A stretch of DNA of 64,000 nt, taken from positions 123,194,001-123,258,000 of the forward strand of contig OZ024744.1 of the NCBI GenBank assembly GCA_964016885.1, written 5' to 3'. Below are positions 29,160-37,371 of the stretch, piece after piece. A program made the position numbers and the translations under genes. This DNA comes from Eledone cirrhosa (lineage: Eukaryota). The first letter of the stretch is position 1. Each line of letters starts with the position of its first letter. The notes under the pieces were generated by a model, which made no database searches, was not told the origin of the DNA, and worked only from the letters and a program-made list of their open reading frames with translations.

Positions 29160-30625
29160 GGTATGTTTGAGGCGTGGATTGCTGGAAGATGGTTCGCAGT
29201 GGGATGCAACGATGGTGGAAGTTGCTCTTTCACATTCACCTGCCAGCCTAAGAAATTTATTTGCGGTACTTTTGCACTCGTGCAACTTATCTGATCCTGT
29301 CCTTGTGGATGAAATATAGGGATGAACTAACAGACGACTACAGACACCAAGCACAATTGCTGCTTCCAGAAATAGAGGTCGGCTTTATTAATGAATTATA
29401 TCATTGATATTGAGGACAAGTTAACTTTGATTGGAAGAAAGGTTTTGCGTGACTACGGTTTACCAGAAACTCATCGCATGGACTCAAACAAACTTCCCAC
29501 AGATATCATACAGGAGACTTCTTATGACATCCATGATCTCGGCCTCTACGTCACAGATAATGAGCCAAAACCTCTAGCTGATCAGTGACTGGATTATACC
29601 ACCATTACTGAATTGGTATTTCAAAGAAGAAGTGGCATATTTTTCCTCGATGCTCCAGGAGGGACAGGAAAAACTTTCGTTACTAAACTTCTTCTTGCAA
29701 AGGTTAGACAGGATAAGGACATAGCAATAGCAGTTGCGTCCTCTGGAATCACAGCAACTTTGCTCCCTGGTGGAAGGACGGCACATTCAGTTTTTAAATT
29801 GCCCCTTGATTTGGAAAAATTGGAAACTCCTACTTGTCATATCACCAAAGACTCAGAAAGGGCTCATCTGCTGCGAAGATGTCACCTTATTGTTTGGGAT
29901 GAGTGCACAATGGCGCACAAAGGTGCTCTTGAGGCACTAGACAGGTCTTTGCAAGACATACGAGATTGCAGTGATGTTATTCTATCAGGAGACTTCAGAC
30001 ATACTCTTCCTATAATACCGAAAGGAACAAGAGCAGATGCGGTAAATGCATGTCTTAAGTCTTCACCATTGTGGCGACAAGTGACATCATTAAGACTAAC
30101 TACCAACATGCGTGCAAGGTTGCATGGGGACTCTCTGTCATCAACATTTCTGGAGACATTCTTACAATAGGAGATGGTAACCTACCTCCGGATACAGATG
30201 GACACATAGCAATTGATCATATCTGCAATGTAGATGAAACTGTCGATGATCTAAAGGCGAGTGTATTCCCGAACTTGCGTGATAACTATACGAATCCTGA
30301 TTGGCTATGCGAATCCATTCTTGCACCCAAAAATATCACGGTTAGCTGTATTAACGATCAGATTCTTCAGCTTCTTCCTGGATGTCCACGGATATATAAA
30401 TCTATTGATACTGTATGTAATCCACAGGATGCGGTCAATTATCCAGTTGAATTTCTAAATTCTTTAAATCCTCCTGGTTTACCTCCTAATACATTGGTTC
30501 TGAAAGAGGGAACACCAGTTATTTTGCTGGTCTCCACATAGTATTGACGCTACCATTCTATCCGGATGTGGAAAAGGCGAGGATGTGATAATAACAAAAA
30601 TTAGCCTAACTACATCAGGCTGAAT
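29160..30625 (+). pseudogene. Helitron RepHel PIF1-family helicase remnant (frameshifts and stops)
   Basis: Motifs FFLDAPGGTGKTF, AVASSGI, GRTAHSVFKLP, IVWDECTM, SGDFRHTLP, LTTNMR, ILAPKN and YPVEFLNSLNPPGLP spread over ORFs 29391-29588, 29613-30170 and 30071-30541. Upstream linker RRGLLED..WD...LRNLFAVLL is also present. Confidence 0.9.
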
Positions 30626-30662
30626 CCAACAAAAATTAGCCTAACTACATCAGGCCGAATCC
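30593..30662 (+). repeat. 35-bp tandem duplication at the breakpoint of the Helitron coding remnant
   Basis: AACAAAAATTAGCCTAACTACATCAGGCYGAATCC at 30593 and 30628 (1 mismatch). Confidence 0.9.
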
Positions 30663-30714
30663 AATTTCTGTTAGTAATCAATAAAGACCTTAATGTGAAA
30701 CATTGCTTTGTTTT

Positions 30715-30817
30715 TTGTAGTTGGTATTCTATAACAATTTAATTTTATAATTTTATAATTTTGCTCTGTAGATCTATAAAATTACAAAATTAAAGTATTG
30801 TAGAACACCAACTACAA
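30715..30817. other. 43-bp inverted repeat with 17-nt loop (hairpin)
   Basis: Arm 30715-30757 is the reverse complement of 30775-30817 with 5 mismatches. Confidence 0.85.
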
Positions 30818-30859
30818 GTGAAGTCATTCTTTTCCTTTTTTCAAATATATATATTGTAT

Positions 30860-31420
30860 CTAGAATAAGGACGGGTTGGAAGAAGTTTAGGGAGCTGCTT
30901 CCTCTGCTGACAAAGAAGGGTTTCTCCCTGCGTACGAAAGACCGGTTATATGATGCCTGTGTGATTAGCGCGATGCTGCATGGTAGTGAGACATGGGCAG
31001 CAACTGCGGAGGATATGCGACGGCTGGAGAGAAATGAGGCAAGCATGCTCCGTTGGATGTGCCATGTCAATGTGCGTGAATGACCCAGCATGGATGTGTT
31101 GAGAGAGAAACTGTGTCTGAGAGGGATAGAATGTAGTGTACGGGAGAGGAGACTGAGGTGGTATGGACATGTGATGCGCATGGAGGATGACAGATGGGTG
31201 AAGAAGTGCCAGGAAATGCCAGTTGAAGGAAGACGTGGTAGAGGTAGACCACGAAAAACATGGGCGGAGGTGGGGAGAACAGACCTCAGATCATTGAAGC
31301 TCACGGTGGAGATGACGAAGAACCGTGACAAGTGGAGAGATGCTGTGCTGAATAAGACCCATCCCACCCTTGCAAGCAGGGAAAAGCGGACGTAGAATGA
31401 TGATGATGATGATGATGATG
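30860..31420 (+). mobile_element. 5'-truncated RTE-type LINE 3' fragment with (GAT)n tail
   Basis: Encodes RIRTGWKKFRELLPLL...RLYDACV..AMLHGSETW...RRLRWYGHVMR...GRGRPRKTW (RT thumb and C-terminus, one internal stop). Ends in (TGA)n at ~31398-31420. Confidence 0.88.
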
Positions 31421-31534
31421 AAATCATTAATGACTTTCATATTTATGCATGTCCACAGTCAGGTATGTTTCCAGGTAGTTTTCGATACCAAAAAAGTGTT
31501 AAAAAAATGAATGATGAAACTTTTTGTTGTTGCA

Positions 31535-32925
31535 TTAACCCTTTATCATTCACATTACTCTATATATACTATTGTATTTTGGTAGTAAACACTTTATCTT
31601 ACATAATTATCTCACATAATATCGAATCTGAGATTTTGATGTTATTTATATAATAATAATAATGAAAATATTGTGTACTCTGCTCAGGTGCACTACAACT
31701 CATCAAAAGTGTATGTATAGTACATAGGGTAATGTACAAACGTCAGGAAAATGAACAGTGCATGAGTTATGATATATACATGTGTGCATGTGTATGGAAG
31801 GGGGACATGAGGTGTAGTTTTGGCGAATTTCGGAAAGCATGAGGGTTTTAAAGGTTGCAGTGTCTCAGCAGCTAGCAACTGACGCAGGCAGTTTGTTCCA
31901 TGCTTCAGCAACTCTAAGCGTGAAAAAATATTTCCAAAAGTCATGGGAGCTGTGCTGTTTTCTGACTTTGTAGGCATGCCTACGTCTGTTAGACACATGG
32001 AGATCAAAAAGGTGCTCAGGGTTGTTGTTGGCAAGATGGTTAATAATTTTGTGGGTGTTTACCAAATCTGTTGCCAGACGTCGGAGCTTCAATGAATCCA
32101 TGCCCAGGGAAGCAAGGCGTTCTGAGTAAGGTAGGTGTCTGATGGAGGGTATGCGCTTGGTTGCACATCTCTGAACAGTTTCCAGGAGGTCAATGTTCTG
32201 AGTAAGATAGGGGTTCCAGACTGATGATGCAAATTCCATAGCTGATGATGTAAATTCCAGACTGATGATGCAAATACCATAGCTGTATACAGCTTTAAAT
32301 AGATGGCTGGAGAGCGGCTAACAAAGGTCTTGCTGAGTGATGCCAAGACACCCTCGGCCTTCTTGACAATTTTAGAGATGTGCTTTGTCCAACGCAAATT
32401 GCTGCCTAGGTCACGTTCACAAGAGGACTTCTTGATATCAGTGTTGTGGAGGGAGTATGTGGACGCTGGATTTTTCCTCCCAAAATGCATGGTGGTACAC
32501 TTGTCCACAGCCAGCTTCAGTTGCCAGTCTGTGATCCATTGTTGCATTGTGTCCAGGTCTGATTGTAGGAAAGAGTTCTAGATTTCAGGATCTGTCCTTT
32601 TGATTTCAAGGTACAACTTGATGTCATCTGCATATTTCAGTACTGTGGCATTCTGTAAGTTGGCATCTATGTCATTAATGTATGCAACAAACAAAAGGGG
32701 ACCAAGAACAGATCCTTGTGGTACACCAGATGACAACTCATATGGTGAAGAATGCTGTCCTAGAACCGCGACTACCTCTTTTTGGCTGAGAATGAAGGAT
32801 TTCAACCAGTTATCTTGAGAACAATACCTTAACATCAGTATGATTGGCCAATTACAGCCGATCTGAACAGAAAGAGGTGAGACATTTCTGGTCGGATATG
32901 ATCGGTTTAAATGCTAAAGGGTTAA
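31535..32925. mobile_element. Non-autonomous piggyBac-like MITE, copy 1 (~230 bp of own sequence), interrupted by a CR1-type LINE
   Basis: TTAA-CCCTTTATCATT at 31535-31550 and AATGCTAAAGGG-TTAA at 32910-32925 (TIRs with TTAA duplication). Its two halves (31551-31646 and 32812-32925) match the contiguous 46688-46895 sequence. Confidence 0.8.
31650..32812 (-). mobile_element. 5'-truncated, decayed CR1-clade LINE fragment with (ATT)n 3' tail
   Basis: SGVPQGSVLGPLLF and YADDIKLY (32578-32835), KC.TMHFG...ERDLG (32089-32547), LETVQRCATKRIP...FFTLRVAEAWNKLP (31865-32239) in shifting frames. (TAA)n at 31651-31663. Confidence 0.88.
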
Positions 32926-32947
32926 AGTGAGAAGATATCCTGCTTAC

Positions 32948-33090
32948 CTGGATCATATTTCAGCACTGTACTGCAATGTTCTATAACAGTATAGAAGTCT
33001 TTTGACACAAGTTTACATTGACAGAAGTTTAGCAGGAGAGGTAGTTGTAATGTGTTCAGTTTTAACCAGGCTTCATCACCAGGTTTCTCA
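32948..33090 (-). CDS. AIP: AIP-like protein, penultimate coding exon (TPR2); not in the ORF track
   Basis: tgtag|...CCAG|gtaagca. 143 nt translating EKPGDEAWLKLNTLQLPLLLNFCQCKLVSKDFYTVIEHCSTVLKYDP, similar to AIP EQPGSPEW...PLLLNYCQCKL...YEVLDHCSSILNKYD. Phases fit both neighbouring exons. Confidence 0.93.
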
Positions 33091-33112
33091 CTACAAATGG
33101 GAAAATCAAGAA

Positions 33113-33321
33113 ATTATATTTATTGATAGTTAATTTACATTAAAACTGTATTTATTGATGACTAACTTACATTAAAACTGTATTTATTGATGACTAACTT
33201 ACATTAAAACTGTATTTAATGATGACTAACTTACATTAAAAATGTATTTATTGATGACTAAGTTACATTAAAATTGTATTTATTGATAACTAACTTACAT
33301 TTAAATTATATTCATTGATGG
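33113..33321. repeat. 32-bp minisatellite, ~6.5 copies (TATTTATTGATGACTAACTTACATTAAAACTG)
   Basis: Directly visible tandem copies starting ~20 bp from the exon acceptor at 33091. Confidence 0.92.
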
Positions 33322-33558
33322 TTGCATGGCATGCATTGACCTACAACTCCTGAGTGAGTCGTAGGGGATGCCAGTCACATATGGCATTTCTAGGGCATTC
33401 TTAGAACCTGGGAGAACCCATCTCCTCTCCAAGTCTGAATACAGCAGATTTCTTTCAGAGAAGAATAAAGCGAGTGAGTGAGGGAATGGAAGTGAGAAAG
33501 AGATATAGAGGAAGAATCAACCACAGTACTAGACTGGTACTTATATATATGTATATAT

Positions 33559-34550
33559 ATCATCATCATCATCACCATTTTATGTCCGTTCTTCCATGCT
33601 AGCATGGGTTGCCTTGTTGTGGGCAGTAGCCAGTCGGCTGACCTTGTCTTGCTCATACGGGAACTGATTCTGGCTTGATTTCTACAGCTGCATGCCCTTC
33701 CTAACACCAACCTCATTTACAGTGAGTGCTGGGTGCTTCTTTTCCTTGGTGCCTACACGTCCACTTTACAGTGTGGGCTGGGTGCTTTTTTTGCTGTAGC
33801 ACCTCCACGACCACTTTGCAGTGGGAGGGTGTGGAGGCATATTGTCTATATGCTTCAGCTTCGGCTTGTACCCATGGGGGGTCAGGTCTTCTGTATTACT
33901 GTGTGACGCCAGAGATCACAGTCCTGTGTCATCGCCTTTGAGAGGTGTAATTGAGTAAGGTCGGCTTTTATCACCTCATCCCAGGTCTTCTTGAGTCTCC
34001 CCACTCCGCGATTTCCATCGATTTCTAGTGCTCTGCACCTTTTTATGCAGCTGTCATCCTTCATATGCATCACATGTCCATACCAACGCAACCTCCTCCC
34101 CTGCACCCAGCATTTGACTCCTCTTATGCTCAGACTCTCTCTCAATTCATTTATGCTTTGCCGTTTACATATATTACTATTACACATCCTTCGGAATATG
34201 CAAGCTTCGTTTCTTTCTAATCTATGAAAGTTTTCCACATTCAGCGCCCAGGTCTCACTACCATGTAACATTGCTGTTCGTATACACGCATCATACAGTC
34301 TGCCTTTCATTTTGAGCGAAAAGCCTTTTGCAGCTAGTAGTGGCAGTAGGTCCCTGAACTTCTTCCACCCCGTTCTTACCCTAGTTATTGTACTTTCCGA
34401 ACACTTACCTCCGTTGCTAATTCGGTCACATAGGTAGCAGAAGCTGTCTACAGTTTCTACAGAACTCTCCCAGAGTTTGGTGGTACTTGTTTCCTGTGGC
34501 CGTTTGCTGATTGCTGTCCCAGTGCAGCTGCTACATATGAAGCCTACATT
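33559..34550 (-). mobile_element. 5'-truncated RTE-type LINE inserted in a (TA)n tract, with (GAT)n tail
   Basis: ORF 33882-34595 contains VETVDSFCYL, RVRTGWKKFRDLLPLL, AMLHGSETW and RRLRWYGHVMH. (CAT)n at 33559-33577; TA-rich tracts on both sides (33542-33560, 34555-34567). Confidence 0.88.
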
Positions 34551-34908
34551 ATTACATATATATATATGTGTTCGGTATGGGCAAGACATGGTCATTCGCT
34601 CTACATGGCTGAATACAATAAATGTAATCTGAGTTTTTCGAATATTAATAATAATATTCGATTTGTCTACAATTATGCAAACACCCTCATTTTTAAAGCG
34701 ATGTCAGTAGAACGAGCCCTTCATTATTGCTCTTCTGTTGGCATGTAAACAGAACTGCAGACACTAATGTTTCTGGGTATTACCCTTCATCAGTACAGCT
34801 CTCTGTTCACCTGCCAACTGTCAGAGCTATTATTAAGTGGGGTACTGATCTCCTAGACATGGGAGTCCACCGTCATTCACAGAAACACAAAGAAATGATT
34901 AAACTTAC

Positions 34909-35095
34909 ATCAACATAAGCTCCTCTAACATTCCCAGTGCTTGTGAATACTTCTCGTTGGCCTCTTCAAACTTCTTGTCTCGATACAACTCATTGCCTTC
35001 TTGACGCAGTTTTGGGATTACGGCTAATTTCTCGTTTTCATTGAGTTCCCAAGATTCTTGTTGGTAATCACCAGGTTGTTCAATTTTGATCAGTT
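34909..35095 (-). CDS. AIP: AIP-like protein, internal coding exon (end of FKBP-like domain, linker, TPR1); not in the ORF track
   Basis: tttcag|AA...TTGAT|gtaagt. 187 nt translating (E)LIKIEQPGDYQQESWELNENEKLAVIPKLRQEGNELYRDKKFEEANEKYSQALGMLEELML(I), similar to AIP KVESPGTYQQDPW...EGNRLY. Confidence 0.93.
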
Positions 35096-35338
35096 CTGAA
35101 ATAATACAGAGAAACTATAAAACTACACTTAGAGGGCCAACTAATGCTTTATCAGAAAATTTGGCAAACAGAAACTGTCAAGAAGTCTGTACTAATAATA
35201 TAGTATAACAATAAAATACACCCAGTACACTCTGTAAAATGGTTGATGACAGGAAGGATATTCAGCTTTAGAAACCATATATACTATTGTATTTTCACAG
35301 TAAATGCTTTACCTCACATATCTCACATAACATTTACA

Positions 35339-35404
35339 TTACTCTATTTATACTATTGTATTTTCATGGTAAAGGCTTTACCTCACATAATATCTCACAT
35401 AACA
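35339..35404 (+). repeat. 66-bp direct repeat (MITE-derived) at 5' flank of LINE copy 1
   Basis: TTACTCTATTTATACTATTGTATTTTCATGGTAAAGGCTTTACCTCACATAATATCTCACATAACA. A further degenerate copy lies at ~35276-35332. Confidence 0.9.
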
Positions 35405-35616
35405 TCTCGTATACGAGAGACGTGTGTTGACGTGTGTGAACAAGCTCGGCTACCGAGTCGGATTTACTTACTCAAAAAGTGAGTTTTGATTAATTTTTTT
35501 ATACTGTAATATACGTTAACCTCTTGCCTTGGTCGTCAAACTTTGAGTTTATTTATTTTCGCCCCTTTTTGGGGCGAATTTTCCAGTTAAAAATTTATTA
35601 CGGCAAACTAATAGAA

Positions 35617-37350
35617 ATGGACGGAATTTTCACATCTCATCCTAACGTGAAAGCCACGCCCCCTAAGAAAGGTGATACAGAGAAGCTAGAAGCACAAGGC
35701 TCTAAGTCTTCCCTCCTCACTTCTGCAAAAGAAACATGGAACACGGAATTAAAAGAAAAATTTGTAGAAATGGGTGAAAACCCAGAAAGTCACATAAACG
35801 CAGACAAAAACATCAACGACAATAACAGCAATAGTCACAACACCAACCAAGGAAAAAATAACGATAACACCAAACAAAGTGAACCCACTACTGGTACCTC
35901 CTTTGCACAGGCGGTCCGGAAAACACAAACCTGCAAGCAACTGGACATTACAACTCTGAGAGAAAAGATGAAGGAAGCGAAACAGTATGTAACTTTCAAA
36001 GAAGGAGGAGACTTCACAATCACCTCCCCACAAGAAATCAAAAGAGACACGACGCTAAGAACGATATCTTTCAGAACAATTTCCAACATAACAAGGAAAC
36101 CAACTCAATTATCCCAAAAAGAGATTGAGCTGGTCCTAAAAAATGTGTGGAGTGATATATCGTTCATACAAAAAGGGCCACTCTATGGGAATATAACGGT
36201 CCTAATGAAGGATCAATTGACGGCCAGGAAATACTCTGTGGCACCAATTGTTTCCAAGATATATACATTTTTCCCCACATATTTAGGGAAAAGAACGCAG
36301 AAGATAAGGGTCTCCGGAATCCGGCCAAATGCATGCATTTCCTGGGTACTAACAGGATTTTTAGAAGACGAGGACGGAATCCTCTCAGTAGGAGAAGTCA
36401 CCACAGACGTTTTCGGCGGTTTGAGCGTGGAGGTTCTGGTCCAAATGAGACCAGAACGAATCGCTAGAATACCACAGAGGGTGTCCCTCGATGGAGAAAC
36501 ATTTATATATATTTCAGCCGAGGGTAGGAGGCCCATATGTTACTACTGTTCAAGCAGGGGTCATCTAAGGGCTGCTTGTCCTCAATTGACAAAAAAAAAG
36601 GCTCTTTTGCCTACACCCCACACACCACCACCGCCACCACCACCACCTCCACCACCACCACCACAACAACAACAAAAACAACAGGGAAAAATAACACAAG
36701 ACACGGCCCCACCCAAAACAACTCCCAAAACACACACAAATACAACAAAACCCCAAAATACACCACTACCCGACAGCACGGACGAGGACCCAGCGGAAAC
36801 GGCACCTAGTGACGAAGAGGGGGAACCCTTCCAACCTGTAAAAAGGAAAAAAAGAAAGCACCACTCGAACATAAACGAAACAAACACACAACCACCAACA
36901 AAAACAAAACAAACAGAACAAACAAAATCCGCCCCACCCCAAAACATAACACATACAACAAAACGTAAGCACACACAAGAACAACAAACAAACACAACAC
37001 AAATAAAACAGTATACATACATTAACACAAATAACAAAGAACTAGTAAAAACAATACACAAAGACCCTTTGGTGGAAACTGAAGGGCAATTCTTTGCAAG
37101 CGCGGCCAACAAACCGCATTTAAAAATGATAAGACTCCCAATGGACACCTATGCAAAACTAAGAGAGAACTTTCCTGAGGACGTGGGGAAAACATGTACT
37201 CGACCCTATAACCGCGTCCTCTTGAAACGTTTCCCCACCCACACCTCACCAAACACCCCCACTCCACCACAGAACAACACCCCACCAAACAACCCCTCCA
37301 ATACGCCCATGGATATTGTGCAACCTGCTCCTCAGGAGCCGAACAGGTAG
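35617..37350 (+). CDS. ORF1p, nucleic-acid-binding gag-like protein (577 aa from ATG 35617)
   Basis: CCHC knuckle CYYCSSRGHLRAAC, poly-Pro/Gln tract, basic KRKKRK. The track's start at 35524 is a TTG; the first in-frame ATG is 35617. Confidence 0.85.
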   Translation: MDGIFTSHPNVKATPPKKGDTEKLEAQGSKSSLLTSAKETWNTELKEKFVEMGENPESHINADKNINDNNSNSHNTNQGKNNDNTKQSEPTTGTSFAQAVRKTQTCKQLDITTLREKMKEAKQYVTFKEGGDFTITSPQEIKRDTTLRTISFRTISNITRKPTQLSQKEIELVLKNVWSDISFIQKGPLYGNITVLMKDQLTARKYSVAPIVSKIYTFFPTYLGKRTQKIRVSGIRPNACISWVLTGFLEDEDGILSVGEVTTDVFGGLSVEVLVQMRPERIARIPQRVSLDGETFIYISAEGRRPICYYCSSRGHLRAACPQLTKKKALLPTPHTPPPPPPPPPPPPPQQQQKQQGKITQDTAPPKTTPKTHTNTTKPQNTPLPDSTDEDPAETAPSDEEGEPFQPVKRKKRKHHSNINETNTQPPTKTKQTEQTKSAPPQNITHTTKRKHTQEQQTNTTQIKQYTYINTNNKELVKTIHKDPLVETEGQFFASAANKPHLKMIRLPMDTYAKLRENFPEDVGKTCTRPYNRVLLKRFPTHTSPNTPTPPQNNTPPNNPSNTPMDIVQPAPQEPNR

Positions 37351-37371
37351 GTCCTTCCTCTTTTAACCAAC

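Larger units (their letters stand above)
28837..30665 (+). mobile_element. Internally deleted, 3'-incomplete Helitron
   Basis: A|TC start followed by TTTATATATATAAAAGCGAGGATGTGTGTGTG (typical Helitron 5' end), then decayed RepHel linker and PIF1 helicase coding sequence. No convincing 3' hairpin plus CTRR seen. Confidence 0.75.

Noticed and set aside
30774-31427. 217-aa minus-strand ORF with poly-Ser start
   Set aside because: Antisense reading of the RTE fragment and its (GAT)n tail.
32214-32285. Short internal duplication (~41-bp period) in the CR1 fragment
   Set aside because: Local slippage in a dead element; explains a frameshift but has no evident function.
33390-33941. Short ORFs of 108 aa (-) and 71 aa (+)
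   Set aside because: They overlap the RTE 3' UTR and tail plus intron sequence, with no motifs or splice support.
35243-35482. 79-aa ORF with an internal repeat upstream of LINE ORF1
   Set aside because: Arises from the duplicated MITE segment; non-ATG start and no protein motif.
36565-37288. Hydrophobic Val/Cys/Gly-rich minus-strand ORFs (also 42312-42994)
   Set aside because: Reverse-strand artefacts of the A/C-rich low-complexity part of ORF1.
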